Shown here: positions 13,713 through 25,970 of the stretch, in pieces
How positions within the stretch are numbered: position 1 is the stretch's first letter
How the letters are laid out: each line of letters starts with the position of its first letter
DNA from: Iphione sp. A-MEVVRFRX5
Lineage: Eukaryota
Assembly (NCBI GenBank): GCA_976226885.1
Contig: OZ320322.1
Location: forward strand, 17,360,001 to 17,424,000
Direction of reading: 5' to 3'
Length of the DNA stretch: 64,000 bases
Notes under the pieces: generated by a model
What the model was told of the DNA's origin: nothing
Database searches by the model: none
Seen by the model: only the letters and a program-made list of their open reading frames with translations
Program-made: the position numbers and the translations under genes

Positions 13713-14251
13713 TAATGCTAACTGTGTGAAAGCTGTGCTGTTTTGGCTGGATTCCTTCCGGCGTCCTCTACGTGCATACGTGGACAATAGGCCTAACCTT
13801 GCTTAATAATAACTGTGTGAAAGCTGTGCTGTTTTGGCTGGTTTCCTTCCGGTGTCCTCTACGTGCATACGTGGACAATAGGCCTAACCTTGCCTAATAC
13901 TAACTGTGTGAAAGCTGTGCTGTTTTGGCTGGATTCCTTCCGGCGTCCTCTACGTGCATACGTGGACAATAGGCCTAACCTTGCTTAATAATATCTGCGT
14001 GAAAGCTGTGCTGTTTTGGCTGGTTTCCTTCCGGCGTCCTCTACGTGCATACGTGGACAATAGGCCTAACCTTGCCTAATACTAACTGTGTGAAAGCTGT
14101 GCTGTTTTGGCTGGATTCCTTCCGGCGTCCTCTACGTGCATACGTGGACAATAGGCCTAACCTTGCTTAATAATAACTGTGTGAAAGCTGTGCTGTTTTG
14201 GCTGGTTTCCTTCCGGTGTCCTCTACGTGCATACGTGGACAATAGGCCTAA
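13704..14251. repeat. Tandem array of six 91-bp units with alternating A/B variants (182-bp higher-order repeat)
   Basis: The ACTGTGTGAAAG register recurs at 13721, 13812, 13903, 13994, 14085 and 14176. Units alternate GCCTAAT..GGATTCC and GCTTAAT..GGTTTCC. Confidence 0.95.
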
Positions 14252-15856
14252 AACTGCGAGGATTCGTTAGTTAACCTACTCCGGGGTTAACAGAAGCATA
14301 GTAGGAGATCCTTATATCGTGAGATTACACAACTAAATATACTCCCTAGGGGAGTTAATGCACGCCCTCAGCCTACAGCGGGAGTGCATTAATTGTCACA
14401 GTGATGGGTCAATGATCCTAAACCTTCACCCCCCCCCCCCTCGGCATCCCATCCCGTCACCAGTGTCTGTGGTCCAGCGTCAAGGGGAAGAGTGACGTTG
14501 GGACATACTGTCACCTGAATGTCCCCATCACTTCACTAACTATTAACCTGACATGCCACCACCTTCAACACTGCGTACCGCTGTCCACCTTATCTACAAG
14601 TCAGCACAAGACTCTCCGCGTCAACCTCCCGGGACGGATCCAGTATTCAAAGCTGATACAGTTTGCTGCAAACAGGGCCGTCACTGCGGAAATGATGCAT
14701 TATTTTTGTGGAAATTTGTTGAATTTTCAGCAATAAAGTGCCAATTGTGCATATTTTTGGGTGGAAATGTGTTGAAATTTAGCAATAACTGTGTAAACTG
14801 TACTGTTTTTATGCAAATGATATGTAAATAAAACTATTTTAGACATGATGTCTTTAGCGTGTGTGCGTGCACGCACGCACGCACACACACACACACACAC
14901 TCTCACACTCTGCTGTGCACTGCCAGTGCAGAGCAGTGGGCCACAGGCTTGCAGACTTTGTACCAAGCTGTATCGAGCTATATATCAACTAGTCCAAGGG
15001 ACATATTGACTAGTCCACAGGATATAATGACTAGTCTATGGAACATCGACAAGTAGAAAGGAAATGCTGACTAGTTGATGGGAAATACTGACTAGCCTAA
15101 GGATTGCCTTGATGGTCAGGGCACCCAAGCTGAATCGCAATACCATGCTACATTTCCATAGGATTTTACCAATATATTAAGAGGTATGGGGTGCACAGTG
15201 GTGTTCTTTTGTCCATACCTCTCTTAGCCGTCTCTCAATTGGAATAAATAAAGCCATAATCGACCCCCACAGTAGCTGCATTTCACTGGTGCGGGAATTT
15301 AAATTCACATTAATCTCATAATCACGTGAAATATGATTCAAGTGATTCTCAATTCATGTTGCGGAGATTGCAGAACACCTCACTATGGAGACCAGCAGGA
15401 ATGTTGTCTAGACAGCATATAAGGAAGCTAAGAATGTGACATATTGTCTTGCAAGGTGGAGAGGGAACCGGTCTAATTTACGCTTAAATCATGATAAAGA
15501 TGTACTTTATAAAGTATTACATGTATATACAACAGACTGTCTAGCCCCCCCCCCAAAAAAAAACAAAAACAAAAACAAAAACTAAACCTGATGAACAACA
15601 CCTCCATATAGACCATGTTTGAAAAGAAATGCTTTCTCTGAACACTGCAATATTAACCCCATCAAATATAATCAGTCACAGGGCAGGAGTATATGAGAGA
15701 GAACCAAGGTTTGAGCCCTGTTAGAGGTAGTCTAATGTCAATGAACTGGGCACTTATCTAAAACCACTTAAGATCTAGGTGGTCGTCTCGGAGGCCCTAA
15801 CAGAGTGAACTCGAGGCTGGCTTGTCCTTGGCATGGTGGAGGGAGAGAGATCAGCA

Positions 15857-15870
15857 GGGCCCCCTAGCGG
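15857..15870 (-). promoter_or_regulatory. Candidate CTCF site
   Basis: Minus strand CCGCTAGGGGGCCC matches the CCRSYAGRKGGCRS core at 13 of 14 positions. Motif match only. Confidence 0.3.
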
Positions 15871-18379
15871 CTGATGAGAGAGTTGTGGCATGTTTGCCCG
15901 GCTTAAGGAAAGCATGGCCGGCCAAGATCCCCTCAGTATACAACTACAGTAAAGCCGGAGGTGTGTACTGGGTGCCTCAGCCCTAAACCAAGGGCCCCTC
16001 CTTCTGTGCCTTTAATTCCCTACATCCTAGCCTGAAGTTGAACTCCCATCAGACTATGGTATCTATTGTAGACCTAATTCTTTGGGGGGAAAAAACCGAA
16101 AGCCAATTAAAACAATAAACGACCTGTTCAGTTAAAACAACTGGATTCTTTGCACGACCTTAATAGACAGCATGAATAAAGGCATACATGCTTCTCCCGA
16201 TCATACAAATCACATGACCATGAGAGAAGTAGGTAGCACAATACTAATTCCCACAATGAGCTTATGAACTGAATACGACCAGTATCTCCCCGACGTGATT
16301 ATACAGAGAGGGGGGGGCAGCTATGTCACCTTATTTAACCGACAGGAAAAGTCACCCATTCACCATCTCTACTGATAAAAGCAAGCTTAACTGCCGCCTA
16401 AGTAAGACTCCGAGATAGAATCAATGATCTCTAATGACCTTGACCGACCGCAAATTTCATGTTTTCCCCGTCTCCGCCGAGAAACTGGCGGTGACATCAG
16501 AAATGAGCTTATTTTAAAATGACATTGTTTCCATATTACGTCATTAGAGGTGGCTTCACACATGGTAATATGAACGACTACAGGTATCTACACACATGTA
16601 CAGTTCTTCGCTAAGGAATACGATACAGTGTATGCTGTTTATGACGCTAGTTGTGGTGGGCAAATGTCCTTATACGAATCACACTATCACTGTATCAATT
16701 ACAGTGGTTTGGCGGCCTGATATGTAGGTCTCATTAACTTCGTTGTGAAGGTTATTGTTGGAGGATTTGTTGATAGCGGCCTATGAACATGTGAACTTGT
16801 ATACCCCCCACCCCACCACTACACACAAAAGCAATCACACTTGCTTCTTTCTGAGAGGGGTCAATATGTCCCACTTAAATTTCTGTGCACGCGTGTATAA
16901 TGTATTACTTGTCTATCCATGCAGATGTTTGTACAGAGGTTGGGGGAAACAGGGACAGGTGAATACTAATGTGTATGTGTAATTTTTCATAGTGGCATGG
17001 GGCCATATATATACCAATATCATATATTAAAATCAATTCTTTTAAGTGAAGGGTTTGAGACTTATAAGACCCACAAGAGTGTGACGGGTGGTCGGGACAT
17101 CAGCCAGCAGCATACCTAATGTCCCCCCCCCCCCCTCTATGAGGTTGGGGACAAACAAATACCCACATGTACCTGGAAGCACTCTTATTCATAAACATAC
17201 ATAAAAACAAAAAACATGGAAACACATCCCTAAAACATAGATCACAGGCCCAGGTACAAGGAGATTAAACCCAACTCATGTATCAGCATGGATTCTACAG
17301 CCAACTGTATGGTCATCCTTCCCAACAAGAGTCCGTCGTATATCTGTCCTCAACATGATAAATATATGTATACATGTATTAGGAGATAATATGAACTTAC
17401 CAGTGGAATATAATCCTAATTTTAAGTAAGAGCTTGTCATGGTGGACAAGACATGTATTACAATATAAATATGTACATGTACATCAATTAAAAAGACTTT
17501 CAGGCAGCTGTGCGTCTTGGACAAAGCAAACTGACAGCACTGCAATACCAAGCGAACTTGTTTGTATATTCAGGTGAAGAGAGAGACCTCCCTTCGTCCT
17601 GCACCTACTGCATTGCGTATTATAGTTATACGTATGTCAGCTATTCATTAGAATCTGAGAAGAGATGTCCTTCGTTTTTGTCATCAAGAGGGACGAACGA
17701 CACCAATCTCTGTTGTAGACATGATGTCAAACAGATCGGATGTTCGGTAAACAGACAGGGATGTAGACAGTTTAAGAAGCCCTAAGTGTACNNNNNNNNN
17801 NNNNNNNNNNNNNNNNNNNNNNNNNNNNNNNNNNNNNNNNNNNNNNNNNNNNNNNNNNNNNNNNNNNNNNNNNNNNNNNNNNNNNNNNNNNNNNNNNNNN
17901 NNNNNNNNNNNNNNNNNNNNNNNNNNNNNNNNNNNNNCAATTAGTGTCACTCATTGTAAGTTGCGTGAGAATAAGATTAATTGTCCATTTATCCGTTCTA
18001 CTCTGTCTCTGTATCTCTCTCATTCACTCCCTCACCCATTCACACACATCCTCCTTCCATCCCTAACCTCTCTGTTTTCCTCTATATCTCTCCCAATCTT
18101 TGTCTCCCTCTCTCCCTGTCTCTGTCCGTCTGTCCCTGTCTATCTCCACTAACCGCCGTCGCAAGGTTTCAGCATCAGGTACCCCATGACACCCCGGTCA
18201 CCCCCAAGCCACTTCATCCAGCCGCATAAAAAAAAAAACAGCGTTTCTAACCTAAACCATAACCGTCTGAACAAGCGGCCACAAAAAAATTACCACGTCC
18301 GAAAAAAAAGGCGTCTCAACTACAGACATATCAACTGTAAATGCAATATTTCAACCCTTAGTCCGGACAGTACGACCGA

Positions 18380-18640
18380 GGTGGGCCCGAAGACAGCTCC
18401 TAGACTCGCCTGTTTACAACCCCCTTCGGGCTGGCGCGTCTCGCGACGTGTCGAGAGTTTACGGTAAACACCGGGCGCGCCTCGCAGAGGTGGTTTTAGG
18501 GTACGCGTTGTGTTGTGCTTGACTCGCATGTAAACACTACTCGCCGTGCAGACTGAGGGAGCTGGGCACCAGGCGGGAAAGACGTGGACCTTCTCTCCGT
18601 CTCGGACGGGTGCCCTTACCCTTCTAGGTCTTTACTACCG
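18380..18640. promoter_or_regulatory. CpG-rich island, possible promoter or enhancer
   Basis: Dense CpG/CGCG, TCTCGCGA, two GTAAACA forkhead-type motifs, and a minus-strand AG|GTAAGG donor-like site at about 18620. Confidence 0.3.
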
Positions 18641-19258
18641 TAGTTTAACACGAATAATTAAAGTCCATGCCTGATAAATATTGTGGTTATCATGATTAGG
18701 TTATAATTACGCCTTGTTCACAAGGGCTGATTGCAGGATGATTATCTAGACTCATAATACCGGTGACAGGTGGACAGGCTACAGCTCAGACGCACACACC
18801 AACACAGACATACACTGACACACACACAACGACCCCCCCCCCCCACACACACGCATACACTCTCGCGTACAGCTGTTCCATTATTCACACTAGCTATAAA
18901 AATTAGAAAAAAAAAGTTACCTGAAAGTGGGTCCTGATATCAGCTGTCTCACACAAATCTGAGTTGGGCAAAGTTGCTTTCTTAATGTTCGTATCATGTC
19001 GTATATGATCAGTGCTACTGTCAAACCCGAAGCATGGGGTGTCCTGAGATACACAATTATTTTCTATTTGAAAAAAAACCAGACCGATTGTACTATCTTT
19101 TCGCCTGGGTGTAGAATCTGACTTCATGCATGACTGCACATACTCTGTTATACATACACTCATCTTCTGTATCTTAGGCAAACCACCACCTAGGACTAGG
19201 CACTTACATGTAGTAACACCACACGCCTAGATACCGCCTTGAATGTGTACAACAATGA

Positions 19259-21330
19259 ATACAAGATACAAGATACAAGATAGTTTATTGACTCTCCATA
19301 CAGATTACAGAGGTATCACTGTCAATTTTAGTGTTTTACAACAAAACAGTTCTAGAATACCCTCACTCCAACATATGTACACACAAGGAATCACAGCACA
19401 TTTCAATATTATCACAATTTCCGAGCTTTTAGAAGATAGTAATTTTAAGATTTTGTCAGCTACAGTTAGTGTTGAACAGATTCCCCCTTTGAGTGCTATA
19501 GTAATGTATATTAAAAATACTGCACATCTAACGTTATTTCGTTGTCGTAGACGGAAAATCATAGGCATTCACGTAAGTACTGGGTATGTATCGGATTGAA
19601 CATACATGAACTGCGTAGTAGGCAATAGGTCAATATTTATCACCCGGAGACGATTTATCACAGATCCAAAAATGTCCTTGGCGTCATATTTAGTAGCAAA
19701 TTGTACAATCTGTCGTAGACTGAAAGTCATAGGCATTCACGTAAGTACTGTGTATGTATAGGAATAAGACATATAGAGGAGATAGGTGATAGGAGAGGTT
19801 ATTGTTATATGGTTTAAATTATGATTTTTATCACATGAGACTATATCACATTCCTCTATTGAGGCTGGTAATCATATCAGGTCAATATTTATCACAAGGA
19901 GACGGTTTATCACAGCTGAAAATGTCATTGACGTCATATTCATTTAGCAAATTGAGTAACTAATAAATCAACATCAACTGGTACATACGATTGAGAGTCA
20001 CTCAGTTGTGTTACATGCCCTAGTATATTGCACAAAGCACCCCCCCTTCACCCGTATTCCTTACTCATACAGTCTGTGCTGGTCAAATATTCACAGGTGC
20101 ATGGATGCTCTAATGACCTCGAGTCTACATACTCTTGGGAGGCCTGGGTGCATTTCGTGTATTTGATGGAAGGGCGTTCCATCCCACGACTGCCCTATAG
20201 CGCATTGAAGTAGCAAACGTCTTAGACCTGGGACGAGGGACCACCACTCTCATGGTTGCCCCTTGACTAGTTCTTGTTCTCCTGTCTAGCTCCAGGAGGT
20301 TTAGGTGTACCAGCCTATGCACACATTGCACCTTTTTTTGCTCCAGCAAGTTCTCTACCCTTGGAACACCGAATTTCTGGTGCAAACGTGCTGCTGAGAG
20401 AAACCCCCCGCATTGGAGTACTGCTCGGGCACATTTGTTTACCTGGATCTGAAGCTTCACCCTATGGGATGCACTTAGTGGATACAGTGCCACTAGCTGG
20501 TACTTTAAGTGCGACATGACCAATGTTTGGAGCAGATGCAGACGACTGGAGAATGGAATCACCCACCTTATCCTGGCTAACCTTCTCGCAGCCGCCCACA
20601 TGCGTCTGATAACTACGGTCATCGCTGCTTTGCCTGTTAGCTTACCATCTAATGGATAGCCAAGGAATGTTACGGGGTCTTCACTAGCTAACTGCTTGCC
20701 ATTTAGATGCAGATCTAGCGGTATGCCTGCTGCCTTTCCCAAAGGTGTGTAGCAGCACTTTCCTTCACTCAAGATGAAGTGATTTTCCCTGCACCATTTG
20801 GACACGCATTCAATGGCCCTCAGGGCCAAACCCCGTAGTTGCAGAAGATCCCTCCCAGTCAACAGGATAGTGAGATCATCTGCGTACAGTACCGCAGAAG
20901 TCCCACTGGGGAGGTGAGTCACAAGAGTGTCTATCACAAGTAGGAACGCGCTCGGTCCGAAGACCGAGCCTTGTGGAACTCCTTGCCTCACCTCGAGTAG
21001 CGATGAATCTTCCCCCTCACATCTCACAAACTGTTTCCTGTTTGCAAGGTAGTCTGCTAGCATTCTGCATGTTTTTCTGCCCACTCCTAGTTCATGCATC
21101 CGTTCAATTACCAATCTGTGAGGAACAACATCAAAGGCTTTCTTTAAGTCGAAAGCCACTATGCAGGCATAAACTCCACTGTTCATTTGAAGTTGTGCAT
21201 TATTGACCAGTGCCATCAATGCTGTGTCCGTGCCCCTCCCTTTTCGAAAGCCGTGCTGCTCCAGACTCAGCAGTGACTTTGTCTCAATGTATGAGACATA
21301 CATACCAAGAATGCTATTGTAGTTAGCGAT
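19259..21330 (-). mobile_element. 5'-truncated CR1-group LINE (copy A) with an 870-nt 3' UTR, terminal stem-loop, AATAAA and (TCTTGTA)3 tail
   Basis: Uninterrupted RT ORF. The minus-strand 3' end reads CTCTGTAATCTGTATGGAGAG-TC-AATAAA-CTA-(TCTTGTA)3 at 19312-19260. Confidence 0.9.
20125..21303 (-). CDS. LINE ORF2 fragment: reverse transcriptase and C-terminal region
   Basis: QHGFRKGRGT, FDLKKAFD, GVPQGSVFGP, YADD and C-terminal RYRAVVGWNALP typical of CR1/L2-type ORF2; no stops over 392 codons. Confidence 0.95.
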   Translation of the reverse strand: MYVSYIETKSLLSLEQHGFRKGRGTDTALMALVNNAQLQMNSGVYACIVAFDLKKAFDVVPHRLVIERMHELGVGRKTCRMLADYLANRKQFVRCEGEDSSLLEVRQGVPQGSVFGPSAFLLVIDTLVTHLPSGTSAVLYADDLTILLTGRDLLQLRGLALRAIECVSKWCRENHFILSEGKCCYTPLGKAAGIPLDLHLNGKQLASEDPVTFLGYPLDGKLTGKAAMTVVIRRMWAAARRLARIRWVIPFSSRLHLLQTLVMSHLKYQLVALYPLSASHRVKLQIQVNKCARAVLQCGGFLSAARLHQKFGVPRVENLLEQKKVQCVHRLVHLNLLELDRRTRTSQGATMRVVVPRPRSKTFATSMRYRAVVGWNALPSNTRNAPRPPKSM

Positions 21331-22579
21331 TTATGCGAACTAAACCGAGTGTGGTTCTACAAAAGTTATGCCTTTAGGCATATGCTTCTGATTCATATTT
21401 TTTGCCGGGCTGCTACTCAATCTATGTAAAAAAAAAAAAAAAGCTGTGCCCTTCACGGTTATTAAAGTCAGGAAAAAAACACTTGGAATAGACAATGAGT
21501 ATGTGTAGTGTCATCATCTATATAATTGATACTTTTAGGGATCTCTTTGTCATCTAGAAAATCTGTGACTGAAAAGAAGACCAATGTAAATATGGAATAG
21601 TGGAAGTCAAACGTACAATTAATCAAATCTGCCAAGGAGAGTGCATTATCAACAGTTTAGGTTAGTTTATACCAATCAACCTCTAATCTGATTTAAGTTT
21701 AGAAGTAAGTTTCTTAAATGAAAATTTATCATGTCGCAAGTTTCTTGGTTACATTTCCTGGATGACTATAAACCGAAAGGGGTGCAAAAAAGAAAACAGT
21801 GCACAAGTCACATCAAAACTAGGTCATGGAAACGGTCATTTATCTCACGTCGCACGGTTGTGAAATCTCCTTACAAAAAAAACAGTAAGAATATAGAGGT
21901 GATAAAAAAAAAATGGTGGATGCATTGTTAGTGGAACAGCAGTAAACAGCGAAACAAACAAAGAGCACAGATGTGTGAACGGGGCTGGCCCGGTTTCAAA
22001 CCACGCCTGTCGGAAACGGGCCGCAGCCGCCTTCTTCCAGAAGTATAGACCAAACCAGTACTATCCCAGGGTGCAGCAGTACATGGTATGCAACACTTCC
22101 GTATCTAGGCTAAACAAAGGAGTGTCAAGGCTGATTTTATACATTTATGAACTGTGGCAATTATATCTTTTATCTTTATTTCATTCCTTAATTAATTAAC
22201 TAAAGAGAAATATTCAAGCATGAAATCTAAATCCTCTCTTAAGTTGTTTATTTTGTAAGAATACTATGCAGGTGAAGAATGAGTGATAATAGGGGAGTTA
22301 GCACATATTCCTTTCAGAATTTTAGGCTTACTATAAAGAAACTAAGAAGAGTTTAGATGTAAGCACTTGATCTAAAGGTAGTTTCACCTATATATTTATC
22401 ATAATTCTGTCATATGAAATAAAATCATCTTCCAGACATGTAAACTTTTCAATAAAAAGTCACAGTTATGCATAGAGTTTAGGTGCAACAGGAAGTAATG
22501 CATACCATGTGGAACTCTTCACTGGTAGCAGTAGTGGTTTGGCGAATCAACTCTGACAGAGATGACCGTCCGAGATGTC

Positions 22580-22870
22580 AGCTGAAGGACAGTGCTAGCC
22601 ACACAAACCCATCTCTCTCCCTGCCTCTCGGTGGCTCTTTATCGGTCATTGTCTGACTCCTCTCACCCCTACTTCCCTCTGTCTGTAAACCTCCTCCTCT
22701 CTGTCCGTGTCTGTCTGTCTGTCTGTCTTCCTCCCCCTCCTGTCTGTCTGTCTGTCCTTCTTCTCTGTCCATGTCTGTCTGTCTCTCGTCCGTTCGTCTC
22801 TTTATATGTCTATCTGTGTCTCCCCTCTGTCCCTCTCTCTATGTGTCTATCTTTCTGTCTGTCTGCCTGT
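22580..22870. repeat. Degenerate (TCTG)n / CT-rich low-complexity tract; similar tracts at about 2990-3170, 7450-7630, 11470-11690 and 30040-30270
   Basis: Direct reading. The predicted ORFs here are repeat artefacts. Confidence 0.85.
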
Positions 22871-24963
22871 CACTGTGTGTACGACGTGCCGACGCCGGTA
22901 CAACCCACTTCCCTGCTGGCCCTGCCCAATGGGTCATGAAATTCCCGTGTGGTATTGTGTCCGACACTCGTTCACAGTAGGAATGCATGCTCAGTCCACC
23001 TCACCAGTACCGAGCATGTCACGAATGGCTAGTTAGAGATAATAAAAATTCACCAACGTCGTTAACAGAAGTCTTGGCACCAGGCTCGCAAAATGAATGC
23101 CCTTTTTTGTTTTTTTGTTTGTTTTTTTTTTGGGGGGGGGGACAGCTTTCTCATGGTAATCATACGCTACTGCGTTATCTTCATCCAAACACTGAAGGGA
23201 CTATGAGGTTTCAGTAGCCAATACTGAGCGAGGCAAAGCTGAGAGTACGAGTGTTGCTGATACTACGACTATGGCCTGAATGGCAGTGTGAAACTAGCCA
23301 AAACGAAAACAAGCCCATCAACACCTCTTTAATACAGTGTGTTCAGGCCATTCGCCATGCATACATTTAAAAAAAAATTAGCCTACACTATGTGTGGACA
23401 TAAACATTAACTTTCTAACAGAAGTACAAGGCTAGTAGTAAGGCCCAGTGTCCACACCCTCCTGGTTTTTCTTTTTCTTTTCTTTTTCATTATAAGACAG
23501 TTCGTTGACAGGTAACTGATTGTTGCTTTTGTAATAACTGTATTTTTATAATAGATGGTGGCACATTGATTTCACGCATTTGCATCTATTCTTCATCTCC
23601 GAACAATATGTACTCTATGTATAGTATGCGTTTGGAATAAATCGTCTCGAAATAAAATTAAAAATACATTTAAACAGGATATAAGTGATCACCAACTTTG
23701 GCCTGGTATATCACTACTAGCTAGAACTACTCCTAGTGCTTTTCTTTTAAAGCAGCCACTCCACGGCTGCATCTGTTCCCAACGTCAGCCACGTTTTGAT
23801 CATACTCCCCCTTTCTTACCCTTGCTCTTCAGGCTTGGGTATATAGAGCAGAAGTTTCAAGTGCATTCAGACCCTGTCTCCATTTGGCCAATCTTAAAAC
23901 TGCATTTACACAGTATGTACAAGAACAGGACACAAATTGACATTTTTTTTTTTGACAATGCAGGTTAGTGAGTTTCATCATAGTCCGGTGTGCAAAACAG
24001 ACCAGATATGCACTGAAGACAAACAGGTGGACAATTGAGTCCTACAGGCGATGTGGTGTAAGTGCTGGATAATTGCAGGAATGAACGTTTGCGTAGTCTG
24101 GCCTTTTACACCAAATGACCTGTAAATGCACTCCAACGGGAACAATCTCCAGTCCTCTGACTATACATAATACCAACAGTGCAGAGATGAACATATTGGG
24201 AAACATTTTAAAAACTCATTATCATATCAATACTATTTTTTACACAGTACTTAGCATCCATAATTGATCTTTTTTCTGAAATATCAATGAACTAGCATAG
24301 TAATTAAGGAAAGACTGTGAGACGCACGGAATTTTGTTAACCTGTAACAAAACCATTCCTAATATCCTTCCCTCTTTGGGAGAGACAATTAAAAGCAAGG
24401 CGGTGGCTGTGAAGTAAGGTTTCTGATTAGGCCGGATTTCGTACTTCCAATGAAACAGGTATGGACATGGCGTATTGCCCGATCTAAAGCAGTCAGGTGA
24501 GGTAATTACAAGTGTAACGCCTCGCATGGCTGAGGGCAACTGAACGGATTAAACTGTTTGTCTACAATGTTTCAACAGAACACCTCATCAGTCATCACTC
24601 GAATGGTCTTACGTGTTCGCAGCCGTCAGGGTGAGGGTGGGGTGGGGGTGAGAGAGGGAGGGGATGGGTGTAACTTATAGATACTGTCTACAGCTGGACT
24701 CTTTTGCCCACCTCCCTTTCAACTGCATACTCCGACCACCAAACAGACTTCACTCTAAGTTATATAACCCAGTGGTCTTTACTGTATTCTAATTTTTTTC
24801 CTGAGTGTAATTCCTGAGATATATTTGTAAACAGCTGGACTACCAAACAGACTGCACCGTAGACCTGCAGTCTTTCGCTGTAGGTACATGACACACTTGT
24901 TGTCCATGTATTTGCCTGTTCTCTAGATGAAAAGTTGGCTTTTCACCCAATGGAATACATCAG

Positions 24964-24967
<4 letters not shown>

Positions 24968-25036
<69 letters not shown>
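24968..25036. repeat. (GA)n microsatellite
   Basis: Direct reading. Confidence 0.95.
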
Positions 25037-25039
<3 letters not shown>

Positions 25040-25340
25040 AGAGTGCTTATTGATTGGAAGGAATTCTGCCTAAATCTGTGTAAATGTCGATTTTTTTGTG
25101 CAGATCGGAAAGAATTCGGACGAATCTGTGTAAATGATAAGTTATTTTTATGCAAATTAGAAAATATTTCATATCAGCTTTCATGTGATAGACAGTGTCT
25201 ATCCCACTGAAAAGGCCCATCTCTCTATTCTACTGGTCTGTGTGGGTCTCCGTGCTGTGGAATCCAGAGAAATTTACGGCCCAGGTCTGTTTTCGGCCCA
25301 CGGACCCAGGTCCATGGAAAGGCCTCATGCAGAATGCTTT
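25040..25340. mobile_element. Diverged remnant related to the satellite-bearing MITE family at 52431, 55685 and 61935
   Basis: TTTTTTTGTGCAGATCGGAAAGAATTC..AATCTGTGTAAATG resembles the 52-bp core unit. No TIRs were found. Confidence 0.35.
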
Positions 25341-25691
25341 AGATCATTTTTTTTTCCACAGCATGGACTCCGTGCTACAGATACATTTCAAAAAAGCCGG
25401 CCTAATACAGCCAGTTCGGAGGGAACTTAATATGTGTTTTTTAAATATTCCCCTCACTATTGCAGCCCTTCAATAAAATCAGCAAAATCAGGCTGGAAGC
25501 ATTGGTAGCCAGATTAGTAAAGTGCCACTGTTATATGATTAACTCCTGCTACTACAAATCCATCCATCCATAATAAGAGTACATCCATAAACGCGTCAGT
25601 TTCTGCCATATATGGGTATCGTCATGTTTTTGTTCCTGAATTTACCAACCTTGGCCCGAAGGGAGTTCAATCCTCTTTTACTTTCTCCTAA

Positions 25692-25970
25692 GGGGCTATT
25701 CACATGTGTACATAATTGTAAGCTCCTCATCCAGATGGGGGAGCATATTTTTTTCCAGCCTTGCATGGGCAATATTACTCTTCACATATGTTCAGACTTC
25801 TATGTATCTGCATGCGGACATGGATCTCAAACGAAGTATGGGTTTTCTCTGCATCCGTATGCAGACTCCACAGAAGCGAATAGTAAAATACATATGGTTT
25901 CCATAATGAAGTAATTAGCAAGGGCGAATCCACAGGTCGTCTCTGCATAAGCATACATGTGAAGCACCCC
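25692..25970. mobile_element. PIF/Harbinger-type MITE (279 bp), related to 13401-13712
   Basis: TIRs GGGGCTATTCACATGTGTAC / GCATACATGTGAAGCACCCC; flanks are TAA and TTA. Confidence 0.65.

Noticed and set aside
13704-14251. CRISPR-like appearance of regular repeats
   Set aside because: The units are contiguous near-identical tandem copies without unique spacers, the context is eukaryotic and there are no cas genes.
24555-24600. Second hammerhead-like string (CUGAUGA..GAAACAUUGUA) on the minus strand
   Set aside because: There is no stem II pairing and no stem I complementarity.
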